Positions 14,975-24,432 of a stretch of 32,000 nucleotides of DNA are shown piece by piece. Source of the DNA: an uncultured Candidatus Saccharibacteria bacterium (lineage in GTDB: Bacteria; Patescibacteriota; UBA1384; XYA2-FULL-43-10; 1-14-0-10-43-13); the NCBI GenBank assembly GCA_964543385.1, contig CAZIYE010000001.1:120001-152000 (forward strand), in the 5' to 3' direction. The notes below the pieces were generated by a model. That model saw only the letters and a program-made list of their open reading frames with translations, was not told the DNA's origin and made no database searches. The position numbers and the translations under genes were made by a program. Every line of letters starts with the position of its first letter. The stretch's first letter is position 1.

Positions 14975-14988
14975 ATATATAGAACATT

Positions 14989-16221
14989 TTATTTTGCAGC
15001 ATTATTTCCGGCCACATAGCCACTAGACCAAGCCCATTGCAGGTTGAAACCACCAGAATCACCATCGACGTCCAAGACTTCGCCAGCAAAATATAAATTG
15101 GACACGATTTTAGATTCAAGAGTCTTGGAATTTATTTCTTTTAAGCTCACACCACCGGAAGTGACCTGAGCCTCTTTAAGAGGTCTTAATTCCTTTACTG
15201 TTAGGGTCATTTCTTTCATATTATCAACAATTTTCGTTCGCTCTGTTTTGGAGATCTCAGCAGCCTTTTTAGAAGCATCCACTCCGGCATTTCTCAGAAT
15301 TATCGGTAAGATATTAATAGGAGCAACTCCAATCAAAGAATTTTTAACCGTTTTGGCCCCACTATTAGAAAATATCATCGCTAATTTTTTATCAAGATCC
15401 TCAGCACTCAATTCAGTGAATATATCAATTTTTAATTTTACAATCCCATCTTCAAGAAGAGGAGCAATCTTACTTGACTGAGCCATAACTGCAGGACCGG
15501 ATAATCCAAAATGAGTGAATAAAAGGTCACCAGATTTTTGTGAAATGATTTTACCACCAACCTCAACCCCAACGTTTGCTTCTAGTTTGATACCAGAAAC
15601 TTCTTTTGGCCAAGATTCTGTAGTTTCAATAGGGACAAGGGCAGCATAAATAGGTGATACAATATGACCAAATTTTTTAGCCCAAAAGAAGCCATCGCCA
15701 GAAGATCCAAGTTGATATGCCGCACGCCCGCCAGTTGATATTATTAGCTTCGAACTCTCAACCATTTGACCATTAGCATCGGTAATTTTCCAAAACCCAT
15801 CTTTTATAATATTTTTGACTTCAAAACTGGTCAATACAGTAATGTTATTATGTCTAATCTCTAAACCGAGTATGTCGACAACACTTGAAGCCTGGTTTGT
15901 TCGTGGAAACATCCTTCCATTATTTTCCTCTTTCAAAATAAGCCCCATGGACTCAAAAAAATCTATTGTAGTATCTTGATCAAATTGTCTCAATACATCA
16001 GCAATAAAATATTTGTCAGAACCGCGATAATCGGATTCTGCAATATTCCTATTTGTAATATTGCATCTGCCATTACCAGTTGCTAATATTTTCCGGCCAA
16101 TCTTTTCATTTTTTTCTAAAAGTACAACTTTTTTACCATTTTTAGCCGCAAAAATAGCCGCCATTATCCCAGCCGGTCCAGCACCAATTATTGCAATGTC
16201 AAAATTTTTATTCATATTCAT
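14989..16221 (-). CDS. NAD(P)/FAD-dependent oxidoreductase, BaiN/HI0933 family
   Basis: FDIAIIGAGPAGIMAAIFAAKNGKKVVLLEKNEKIGRKILATGNGRCNITN; GEVLDVDGDSGGFNLQWAWSSGYVAG. Confidence 0.93.
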   Translation of the reverse strand: MNMNKNFDIAIIGAGPAGIMAAIFAAKNGKKVVLLEKNEKIGRKILATGNGRCNITNRNIAESDYRGSDKYFIADVLRQFDQDTTIDFFESMGLILKEENNGRMFPRTNQASSVVDILGLEIRHNNITVLTSFEVKNIIKDGFWKITDANGQMVESSKLIISTGGRAAYQLGSSGDGFFWAKKFGHIVSPIYAALVPIETTESWPKEVSGIKLEANVGVEVGGKIISQKSGDLLFTHFGLSGPAVMAQSSKIAPLLEDGIVKLKIDIFTELSAEDLDKKLAMIFSNSGAKTVKNSLIGVAPINILPIILRNAGVDASKKAAEISKTERTKIVDNMKEMTLTVKELRPLKEAQVTSGGVSLKEINSKTLESKIVSNLYFAGEVLDVDGDSGGFNLQWAWSSGYVAGNNAAK

Positions 16222-16260
16222 TCTTTACTATACAATATTTTATCATTTTTGTGAAGTATA

Positions 16261-16437
16261 CAAAAGAGAAACCTCACCCAGCAAGCTAGGTGAGGCGAAA
16301 ATTGGCGGGAAGCCATGGAAATCAGACCGTGCGGCTTAACGGTGAAAAAGCGAGCTTTTACAATAAGCTCATTATTGCTTGTTCACACCGCAAGAGCTTT
16401 ATGTTGCTAGTATCTGAACATCAGGCTTCCACGCACA
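16261..16437 (-). ncRNA. Structured ncRNA, 6S-like architecture (candidate)
   Basis: Minus-strand promoter TTGACA-18-TATAAA (16442-16471), closing stem gcgtggaagcc/ggcttcccgc (16424-16434 with 16305-16314), internal hairpins, terminator cctcacc/ggtgagg with ttctcttttg (16261-16295). Confidence 0.65.
16272..16295 (-). terminator. Terminator of the minus-strand ncRNA
   Basis: Minus strand: cctcacctagcttgctgggtgaggtttctctttt. Confidence 0.75.
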
Positions 16438-16441
16438 ATGA

Positions 16442-16471
16442 TTTATACCACTAGTACCTACCACTTGTCAA
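16442..16471 (-). promoter_or_regulatory. Promoter of the minus-strand ncRNA
   Basis: Minus strand TTGACA (16471-16466), 18-nt spacer, TATAAA (16447-16442). Confidence 0.75.
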
Positions 16472-16517
16472 AATAATTGTGGTATTATGGCAACAGAAAA
16501 AATAAAGAAGGATAACC

Positions 16518-17105
16518 GTGGAAGATATCAGAAAATTTTGTTCAGAAATCCAAATGCTAAAAAGATTAGAGCACATTGGTTTTAAACTTGCAGGAGTAGA
16601 AGAAAAAGATGTACTTGCTGGCCATATAGTCATCTCTGCTCAAATTGCTTTTATCATTGCCGAGCTAGAAGGTGCAGACCCCTTTAAAGCTGCTACTATA
16701 AATCTATTTCATGACAATCATGAGACTAGAATCGGCGACCATAATAAAGTAAGTGCCAGGTACATTGATACCCACAGGGCCGAAACAGAATCGGAAATAG
16801 AACAATTTGCTAATCTCCCGAATAGAATAGGAGATCGTATACTAAAAATGCTTGAAGAAAAACATACTAGAAATACAAAAGAAGGGATAATTGCTCAAGA
16901 TGCCGATTGGTTAGAAGTAGCAATTCAGGCAAAGATTTTTGTAGAACATGGCTATAACGGATGTAGCGATTGGATTGAAAATGTAGAAAAAGCCCTCGAA
17001 ACAGAATCGGCAAAGAAAATACTTGCCGAGATAAAAACAGACCCGGACTTTACTAATTGCTGGTGGCAAGGATTAAAAAAAATGACCTACAACAAACTAA
17101 AATAG
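16518..17105 (+). CDS. HD-domain hydrolase (YfbR / 5'-deoxynucleotidase-like)
   Basis: ILRxxR-like KRLEHIGFKLAG, H...AFIIAELEGADPFKAATINLFHDNHETRIGD. Confidence 0.8.
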   Translation: MEDIRKFCSEIQMLKRLEHIGFKLAGVEEKDVLAGHIVISAQIAFIIAELEGADPFKAATINLFHDNHETRIGDHNKVSARYIDTHRAETESEIEQFANLPNRIGDRILKMLEEKHTRNTKEGIIAQDADWLEVAIQAKIFVEHGYNGCSDWIENVEKALETESAKKILAEIKTDPDFTNCWWQGLKKMTYNKLK

Positions 17106-17387
17106 CTCCTTAGAAAAACATAACAATTACATTAAAATAGGATCAGCAGATCAAAGGTGGTAGCGATATCTCAAGAAACTTACAATCGTGCTCTTGATTG
17201 CTCTCATCCTAGCTCCGATGTGGCTAGAAATTTACATAAAAGCTTTCGGAAACAATAAGCATCGGAAGCTATGATTCAGCCTTTTTCTAATAAGACTAGG
17301 ATCGTTTATATTCTTGTTCTTATTTTGTTCGGTATGATATAATTAACCAATAAAGTTAGTAATTGTTGACACAGAAGAAGGGATTTC

Positions 17388-18518
17388 ATGAATTATATAT
17401 TAGTCACTGTTTGTGCATTTGTTGCTGCAATGCTTGGCACTATAGCAGTAACGTTGTTATTGAGGAAAAGTAACAAATCCGATATTGAAGAAAAAGGCCT
17501 TGAAGATAAGATAGCCCGAATATCAAGCGATGCCTTAAAAAATAATACTGAGCAATTTTTGATTTTAGCAAAAGAAGTCTTGGGTGCACAAAAAAATGAA
17601 ATCAAAGTTGATCTTGACGGTAAAAAATCAGCAATATCCAATCTGATTGATGAAATTAGAAAAGATATTAGGAAAAACGAAGAAAGACTTACAAAAAGTG
17701 ACGAGGATAGGGTTCGTTCGTTTTCAACTCTTCAAAACGAACTAAAATCATATAAAGAGATAACAAATGATCTGAAAATGAGCACCGATAAGCTAAAAAG
17801 TCTGCTCTCCAATAATCAGCTCAGAGGGGCCTTTGGAGAACAAGTAGCGGAAGATTTATTAAAAATGGCCGGCTTTGTTGAAGGAACTTCATATACTAAA
17901 AACGAAACACAACAGACACAGAGCACCAGACCGGACTTTACTATTCTGCTGCCAGATCAAACAAAGATCAATATCGATGTTAAATTTCCATATTCTGCTC
18001 TTGTTAAAACACTTGAGTCAGAAAACGATACAGACAAGAAAAAACACTTTATGCAGTTCCGCACAGATGTCAAGGAAAAAATCAAACAAGTGTCTACCCG
18101 CGATTATATAAACCCCGAGGAAAAGACCGTCGATTTCGTCATACTTTTTATCCCTAACGAGATGATCTTTAGCTACATTTACGATCAGATGAACGATGTC
18201 TGGGAAGAAGCAATGCGCAAGAAAGTTGTATTAGCTGGACCATTTAGCTTTACTGCAATTCTTCGAATGGTTGGTCAAGCCTATTCTAATTTCCGATATC
18301 AGGAAAACCTTCAACATATTATTGGATTAATTCACAAATTCGACGAAGAATATCAGAAATACTCTGCAGCAGTTGATACGCTTGGAGACAGGATAAGTTC
18401 GACCAGTAAACAATTTGAAGTTGTCACAACCACCAGAAACCGCCAGTTAACATCAGTCGTTGATAAAATAAAAAACCAGAATATTATAGATGATAATAAG
18501 CCCAGTCTAATTGAATAA
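17388..18518 (+). CDS. rmuC: DNA recombination protein RmuC
   Basis: RGAFGEQVAEDLLKMAGF, RPDFTILLPDQTKINIDVKFPYSALV, VVLAGPFSFTAILRMVGQAYSNFRYQENLQ. Confidence 0.93.
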   Translation: MNYILVTVCAFVAAMLGTIAVTLLLRKSNKSDIEEKGLEDKIARISSDALKNNTEQFLILAKEVLGAQKNEIKVDLDGKKSAISNLIDEIRKDIRKNEERLTKSDEDRVRSFSTLQNELKSYKEITNDLKMSTDKLKSLLSNNQLRGAFGEQVAEDLLKMAGFVEGTSYTKNETQQTQSTRPDFTILLPDQTKINIDVKFPYSALVKTLESENDTDKKKHFMQFRTDVKEKIKQVSTRDYINPEEKTVDFVILFIPNEMIFSYIYDQMNDVWEEAMRKKVVLAGPFSFTAILRMVGQAYSNFRYQENLQHIIGLIHKFDEEYQKYSAAVDTLGDRISSTSKQFEVVTTTRNRQLTSVVDKIKNQNIIDDNKPSLIE

Positions 18519-19377
18519 AATGAAACAAAAAAAGAAGATTTTCAATCCTATAATTCTGCTAGTTTTTACAGCCATTGCCCTGATGGCCCTAATTGTATTG
18601 AAGCAAGAAGCACATGCACCAATAGCTGCAAGAGATTCTGTCCCTGAAAATATTGAAGCAAACACAGAGACAAGCCCTTCTGCCATACAACTAATCGCTG
18701 AGCAAAAGGATGTCAAAATACAAGAAACTATCAATGATTTAAATATACCAATCCTAATGTATCACTATATCAGGATTGTCGAAGATACAAGCGACCAACT
18801 TGGCATTAATTTGTCAGTAACGCCAGAAAAATTTGCCCAGCAATTGGATTCAATCAAAAGCAAGGGATATGCAACTATAACCTTTGAAGATATTGTGAAG
18901 GGCGAAATCCCAGCCAAGCCGATTATCCTAACATTTGATGACGGATATAAAGATTTCTATACAAACGCTTATCCAGAATTAAAAAAACACAATATGACCG
19001 CTGTTTCCTATATAATCGGAAACAAAAATAATACTCAATATATGAACGAAAAAGAGATACTGGAGATTTCTCAAAACAATATTGAGCTAGGATCGCATAC
19101 TTTATCACACCCAGATTTAGCAAAGACCTCTTCTCAAACGGCGATCAAAGAGATCACTGAAAGCAAAGAGAGGATTGAAAATATAATCGGCAAAAAGATT
19201 GTAAGTTTTTGCTATCCAGCCGGAAAATACAACGACGAGACAATCAGCATAGTTAAAAGTGCAGGCTATTCTTTCGCTGTAACAACGAACCCAGGGCTAG
19301 GAGAACTTAAATCACCGCTTACTTTAAATCGTCACAGAATAAATGCAGATACAGACATTAATACATACCTAAAATAA
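18511..19377 (+). CDS. Polysaccharide deacetylase family protein
   Basis: ILMYHYIRI, PIILTFDDGYKDFYTNAYPELKKH, ELGSHTLSHPDLAK, IVSFCYPAGKYN. Confidence 0.92.
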   Translation: MNKMKQKKKIFNPIILLVFTAIALMALIVLKQEAHAPIAARDSVPENIEANTETSPSAIQLIAEQKDVKIQETINDLNIPILMYHYIRIVEDTSDQLGINLSVTPEKFAQQLDSIKSKGYATITFEDIVKGEIPAKPIILTFDDGYKDFYTNAYPELKKHNMTAVSYIIGNKNNTQYMNEKEILEISQNNIELGSHTLSHPDLAKTSSQTAIKEITESKERIENIIGKKIVSFCYPAGKYNDETISIVKSAGYSFAVTTNPGLGELKSPLTLNRHRINADTDINTYLK

Positions 19378-20348
19378 TGAAAGAAAAAATTACAATTACA
19401 GTCAATAAAGACGAAATAGGGGAGAGAATTGACTCTTTTCTAGCAAAAAGGTTTCCTGATTTCTCCAGATCATATTTTGGTAACTTGCTAAAAAAAGACT
19501 TAATCCTTGTGAATAAGGAAAAGCAAAAAGCAAGCCATAGAATTAAAGAAAATGATCAGATTGAGATTAATTTTCAAGATAATGCTCCTCCCGATTTAAT
19601 CCCTGAGGCAGTCAACCTTGATATCATCTACGAAGACAATAACGTGCTGGTAATAAATAAACAGCCAGGAATTATCGTCCACCCTGGTGCTGGTAATCCT
19701 CAAGGGACAATAGCAAATGCACTGTTAGCATATGTACCAAAAATTGGAGAAGCTGTTTTTGAAAAAGGAAATCCACTCTCTGAATCAAGACCAGGCTTAG
19801 TACATCGTCTAGATAAAGATACTTCTGGCGTTATGATTATCGCAAAGAATAGTGATACCATGTACTATCTTTCAAAACAAATAAAAGACAGAACTGTCAA
19901 AAAATCATATTTAGCCCTCTGCTATGGTTGGCCTAAAAACGATGATGGTAGAGTAGTAAACTTTCTCGGCAGGCACCCTGTTAATAGAAAAATGATTACC
20001 GATATTGGAGATGATAAAGGAAAAATAGCAATATCTAATTACCACGTCGATAAATACTTTACCAAAGGAAAAAATAAAATATCTTTGGTTAAATTTGATA
20101 TACAAACAGGCAGAACACATCAGATTAGAACTCAAGCAAAAATATTAGGCTTTCCTGTTTTAGGGGATAGCACTTATAATACAAAAGAGTCTATTCAATT
20201 ATCCAAAGAACTAAATGCACAAAGGCAGTTACTACATGCTTATAAACTAACAATTACATTGCCTGGCAATGCTAAGCCTAACGATTTTATAGCTCCCACT
20301 CCGAAAGATTTTGAAATTATAATAAATAAGCTCAATCTAGAGTACTAA
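19377..20348 (+). CDS. rluD: RluD-family 23S rRNA pseudouridine synthase (S4 + catalytic domain)
   Basis: S4 domain GERIDSFLAKRFPDFSRSYFGNLLKK; catalytic SRPGLVHRLDKDTSGVMIIAKNS; FDIQTGRTHQIRTQAKILGFPVLGD. ATG overlaps the previous stop by 1 nt. Confidence 0.93.
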   Translation: MKEKITITVNKDEIGERIDSFLAKRFPDFSRSYFGNLLKKDLILVNKEKQKASHRIKENDQIEINFQDNAPPDLIPEAVNLDIIYEDNNVLVINKQPGIIVHPGAGNPQGTIANALLAYVPKIGEAVFEKGNPLSESRPGLVHRLDKDTSGVMIIAKNSDTMYYLSKQIKDRTVKKSYLALCYGWPKNDDGRVVNFLGRHPVNRKMITDIGDDKGKIAISNYHVDKYFTKGKNKISLVKFDIQTGRTHQIRTQAKILGFPVLGDSTYNTKESIQLSKELNAQRQLLHAYKLTITLPGNAKPNDFIAPTPKDFEIIINKLNLEY

Positions 20349-20431
20349 TCTACTCATAAAAAATCATAATTATATTTGACTCTGTTTTTAGAGGTGTGAT
20401 AAATTATGAGTATTATTAATGATTGGAGTTT

Positions 20432-21064
20432 ATGGACAGAGAAAGAATTACAATTTCAATTAAGAAAAATGTTCTTGAGAAGATTGATCAAGTAATTGAC
20501 GGTACTAATATCAGGAATAGGTCACATGCGGTTGAAACGTTAACGTTGAAATCTCTAGGCTCCGCAACATCAAATCAAGCTATTATAATACTCGGCGGCG
20601 GCGATGCTATCAGGGCTATACCGGCAGCTAAGGCATACCTGCCGAAGTTAAAAGACGCAGGATTTGACAGTGTTATTATAGCTGTGGGCTTCCTGGCTGA
20701 TAAGGTCAAGGAGAAAATTGGATTTGGCATCGAATTTGATCTTGCAATCAAATATTGCGACAAAGGCGAGGGCTCTGGCGGTGCACTAAATGTAATAAGA
20801 AAAGATCTAAAATCTACTTTTATTATCATAAATACTGCCAAAGATTATGATATAGACCTTAAGTCTTTATTGGAATATCACAGAAACCACAAGTCAAAGT
20901 TTACCGTTGCTACAGATGACTTAAGATCAATGCTTGGTATTTATGTAGTTGAGCCAGAAATGCTTTCCCTAATTCCTAAAGGCTTTTCCATGCTAGATGA
21001 GGATCTAATTCCAAAACTAATAAATAATAAGGAGCTGGTTGTTTTTCCAGCATATAATAGATAA
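20432..21064 (+). CDS. Ribbon-helix-helix domain fused to a nucleotidyltransferase-like domain
   Basis: RHH: RITISIKKNVLEKIDQVIDGTNIRNRSHAVETLTLKSL; then IIILGGGDAIRAIPAAKAYLPKL...VIIAVGFLADKVKEKIG...GSGGALNVIRKDL. Confidence 0.75.
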   Translation: MDRERITISIKKNVLEKIDQVIDGTNIRNRSHAVETLTLKSLGSATSNQAIIILGGGDAIRAIPAAKAYLPKLKDAGFDSVIIAVGFLADKVKEKIGFGIEFDLAIKYCDKGEGSGGALNVIRKDLKSTFIIINTAKDYDIDLKSLLEYHRNHKSKFTVATDDLRSMLGIYVVEPEMLSLIPKGFSMLDEDLIPKLINNKELVVFPAYNR

Positions 21065-21072
21065 GTAATAGA

Positions 21073-21102
21073 TTGACTAATTATTATCTGCTATATTATA
21101 TT
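21073..21102 (+). promoter_or_regulatory. Promoter of secDF (TTGACT-18-TATATT)
   Basis: TTGACT 21073-21078, TATATT 21097-21102, SD aggag before the secD ATG. Confidence 0.6.
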
Positions 21103-21123
21103 AAATAGCAGGAGAAAATTTTT

Positions 21124-22419
21124 ATGAAAACAAAACTTTGGGTGCTCCTTTCAGTAATTATTATAGTAATTGGCTTCAGCGTTCTTATTGTAATGCCAAA
21201 AAGTCCACTTGGCGGTGAAAAGATTAAAGCCTCTCTCGGGCTTGATTTGGTAGGAGGAACCGAACTTACATATGAAGCCGACCTCACCCAATCCAAAGAT
21301 AAAATAAAAGACCTTGATAATCTAAAAAATGTTTTTGAAAAAAGAGTTAATGAGTTGGGTGTCTCGGAACCAACAATCCAAACAAGCGGTGGCAACAAGG
21401 TGATTATTGAGCTACCAGGCATCAAAGAAATAGACACTGCAATTCAAAAAATTGGTGCTACCTATGAGCTATCTTTTATGACGGAAACTACTGATGATGA
21501 CGGCATTTCCCTGAGTGATTACTATGACTCAAGTTATATATATCCAGGTAAATGGAAAAAATCAGATCTCACGGGCAGAAATCTTGTCAAAGCTGACGCC
21601 ACTTTTGAAGGAGGTACTCAAACATCGGTAAACACTACTCCTGTCGTTTCAATCAAGTTTGACAACTCTGGAAAAGAAAGATTCCGCAATCTCACCAAAA
21701 ATAATGTTAATAAAAGAATTGCGATCGTACTAGATAACCAGATCGTTTCCGCACCGAGTGTAAATGAAGAAATAGCAAGCGGAGAAGCTATCATTACTGG
21801 ATCAAAAGACATTAAAGAAGCTCAACAATTAGCAAAAAGATTAAATGAAGGCATTCTACCCGTACCAACCAAGTTGATCGGACAACAAAATATCGGTGCC
21901 ACACTCGGTCAAGATTCACTAAAACTGAGTATAGTTGCAGGATTGATAGGAATGATTTTGATAACTATATTTATGCTATCATTCTACAAATTCCCAGGCC
22001 TTATCGCTGTTGTCGCACTTTTCATTTATGCATTAATAACCTTAGCAATATACAAACTAATTCCAGTAACGTTAACCCTTGCTGGTATTGCCGGTTTTAT
22101 ACTCTCCATTGGCATGGCTATAGACGCGAATATCCTAATTTTCGAAAGAATGAAGGAAGAACTGAGATCAGGCAAGGAGCTTAATCTATCGATTTTAGAT
22201 GGTTTCAAGAGATCTTGGAATTCTATTAGAGACTCAAATATATCTTCTATTATTACCTGCCTTATCCTTTATCTTGCAACCGGATCAGGCCCTATCCGAG
22301 GTTTTGCCCTTACACTTCTTATTGGTATTATTATAAGTCTATTCACAGCCATCACTGTTACCAGAACAATGTTATTATTGCTATCAACTAGCCCATTAAA
22401 GAGGTTTATCCATGTTTAG
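21124..22419 (+). CDS. secD: Protein translocase subunit SecD
   Basis: LGLDLVGGTELTYEADL, AGFILSIGMAIDANILIFERMKEELRSG. Confidence 0.95.
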   Translation: MKTKLWVLLSVIIIVIGFSVLIVMPKSPLGGEKIKASLGLDLVGGTELTYEADLTQSKDKIKDLDNLKNVFEKRVNELGVSEPTIQTSGGNKVIIELPGIKEIDTAIQKIGATYELSFMTETTDDDGISLSDYYDSSYIYPGKWKKSDLTGRNLVKADATFEGGTQTSVNTTPVVSIKFDNSGKERFRNLTKNNVNKRIAIVLDNQIVSAPSVNEEIASGEAIITGSKDIKEAQQLAKRLNEGILPVPTKLIGQQNIGATLGQDSLKLSIVAGLIGMILITIFMLSFYKFPGLIAVVALFIYALITLAIYKLIPVTLTLAGIAGFILSIGMAIDANILIFERMKEELRSGKELNLSILDGFKRSWNSIRDSNISSIITCLILYLATGSGPIRGFALTLLIGIIISLFTAITVTRTMLLLLSTSPLKRFIHV

Positions 22420-23314
22420 AATAGTCAAAAATTCCTGGGTATGGTTTTCTGTATCCATAGCTTTAGCAGTATTGTCTATTGTCGCCATAGCTGTTTTCGG
22501 CCTTAGAATCGGAATCGATTATAGGGGTGGCACAGTGATAGAGTTCACATCGTCACAAGAGCAAAAACTCGATCTCACAAAAGAGGTATTGAACAATGAA
22601 AAATACAATGGTTATCAGATCAAAGAGAGTGGCCCAAACAAGATAATCTTGAGAATGCAAACTCTAACGAATGATGAGCATAAAAAATTGGAAAATAGCT
22701 TCAAAGATAAATTGCCTGATTACACAGAAACCCAATATGATACAGTCGGTCCAACAATTGGCAAGGAATTAACCAATAAGTCAATCTTCGCTGTTATCCT
22801 GGCTTCTTTGGGCATAATTATATTTATTGCATTTGCCTTTAGAAAAGTTCCAAAGCCACTATCATCATGGAAGTTTGGAGCTTGTGCCGTAGTAGCTCTA
22901 ATGCATGATCTTCTTATTACTACCGGATTTGTTGCTGTTATGGGACATTTCTTTATTTGGATGGAAGTTGATGCCCTTTTTATCACAGCCCTTCTTACAA
23001 TTATGGGTTTCTCTGTTCATGACACAATCGTAGTTTATGACAGACTTAGAGAAAATTTCATTAAAAATCCTCATGAGGATATCGAGCTAGCCGCAGAAGA
23101 AAGTATTAACCAAACGATAGCGCGATCGATCAATACATCTATGACAACCATCATTGTGCTTACCGCACTATTAATCTTCGGCAGCTTCTCAATACGACAC
23201 TTTATCCTGATATTAGTCTTCGGTATTGTTTTGGGAACTTATTCGTCAATCTTCAATGCTACACCGCTATTAGTCCTTTGGCAGAAAAAAGGCCTTAAGA
23301 ATGCTCAGAAATAG
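22412..23314 (+). CDS. secF: Protein translocase subunit SecF
   Basis: RIGIDYRGGTVIEFT, LTIMGFSVHDTIVVYDRLREN; overlaps the secD end. Confidence 0.95.
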   Translation: MFRIVKNSWVWFSVSIALAVLSIVAIAVFGLRIGIDYRGGTVIEFTSSQEQKLDLTKEVLNNEKYNGYQIKESGPNKIILRMQTLTNDEHKKLENSFKDKLPDYTETQYDTVGPTIGKELTNKSIFAVILASLGIIIFIAFAFRKVPKPLSSWKFGACAVVALMHDLLITTGFVAVMGHFFIWMEVDALFITALLTIMGFSVHDTIVVYDRLRENFIKNPHEDIELAAEESINQTIARSINTSMTTIIVLTALLIFGSFSIRHFILILVFGIVLGTYSSIFNATPLLVLWQKKGLKNAQK

Positions 23315-23461
23315 GGGAGTGAGCAGAGACAAAAACATCAATTTTATATTTTAATAACTATTTTATGAAATTGGTTTTCAAGAGGCAGTAGGCTACTCTG
23401 GATATTTGAGAAAATAGAATTTATAATAAAAACATCTTAATTTTTAATTTTTAATTTAATT

Positions 23462-23821
23462 ATGTACCTAATTATTCTTGGTCTAGCTTTGGGACTTATC
23501 ATCGGGGGATTCCTGCAATTTGATATACCCCCTGAATATGCCCGCTACACTGCAGTGGCTATTATAGGAATACTTGACTCTTTATTTGGCGCTGTCAGAG
23601 CTTCTGTTGAGAAAAAATATGATACAACCGTTTTTATAACCGGTCTTGCATTTAATATGGCTATAGCCGTTCTTATTACATTCTTTGGCGATAAATTAAA
23701 TCTAGATCTTTATCTCGCGATTCTTGTCGCCTTTATGATTAGAATATTCTCTAACATCGGTCAAATAAAAACCACAACTCTCAATAAGATACAGAAAAAG
23801 GTGACAGAGAAAGCCGAATAG
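23462..23821 (+). CDS. sbp: Small basic family protein (DUF1290, Sbp-like)
   Basis: LGLIIGGFLQFDIPPEYARYTAVAIIGILDSLFGAVRASVEKKYDTTVFITGLAFNMAIAVLITFFGDKLNLDLYLA. Confidence 0.8.
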   Translation: MYLIILGLALGLIIGGFLQFDIPPEYARYTAVAIIGILDSLFGAVRASVEKKYDTTVFITGLAFNMAIAVLITFFGDKLNLDLYLAILVAFMIRIFSNIGQIKTTTLNKIQKKVTEKAE

Positions 23822-23857
23822 TCTTTATTTGACACACAAACAGTCATCCTAGATATA

Positions 23858-23890
23858 AAAAGGCCCTAGAAACGATTCTAGGGCCTTTTA
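23858..23890 (+). terminator. Rho-independent terminator (possibly bidirectional)
   Basis: aaaaggccctaga-aacgat-tctagggcctttt 13-bp stem. Confidence 0.85.
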
Positions 23891-24432
23891 TATATGATTA
23901 TTGCCATAGCCATTAAAGACACTGTTATATAGCGGTGGGAGATAGTAAATAAAGTTTTTTTGACACTGATAGAACATAAGATAAGAGAGGAACGAGAAGC
24001 ATCATCAAATATATAAATAAGCCTATAACATCAGGCCTTGATTGGGCAGGGAAGACGAACCTTTTGCAATCAAACGGAATAATAGGGGAATAATATCACT
24101 ATTCTAATGATTATCTAATGTCGCATAATGTATGTTATGCGACGCTTTACGCCATGATCAACGAACTCATTTTGAGCTTAATTATAGTTAGCTACCGTTA
24201 GGCTGATAATCGCCTAATAAAATCCCAAAAATCAGTGGACAAAAAAACATTTTTACCAAAGATTCTATTCTCCAATCTATTCTGCTTAAATTTTAGACAA
24301 CAGTCGATTCTTATTAATGTGCGCCCGCAACAAGTGCTTTTCTATAATAAAAGCAACGATAATGACCACTCCCCCAAGCAGCCACTTCCCTACCGTTTTT
24401 AAAGAAAAATAGCTTCCAAAAATCCAGTCTTT

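Noticed and set aside
14458-15026. Overlapping ORFs 14458-14664, 14743-14958 (-) and 14805-15026
   Set aside because: The SD-supported frame is 14528-14929; the others lack an RBS or run through the terminator hairpin at 14951-14974.
17110-17335. Possible ncRNA in the rmuC upstream gap (agctt...aagct, gatcagcagatc)
   Set aside because: Only short, weak complementarities and no terminator; probably an ordinary 5' region.
20400-20425. ATG at 20406 and TTG at 20423 as starts for the RHH-nucleotidyltransferase gene
   Set aside because: The 20406 ATG is out of frame and quickly terminated, and the TTG overlaps the apparent SD (ggag); ATG 20432 starts right at the RHH domain.
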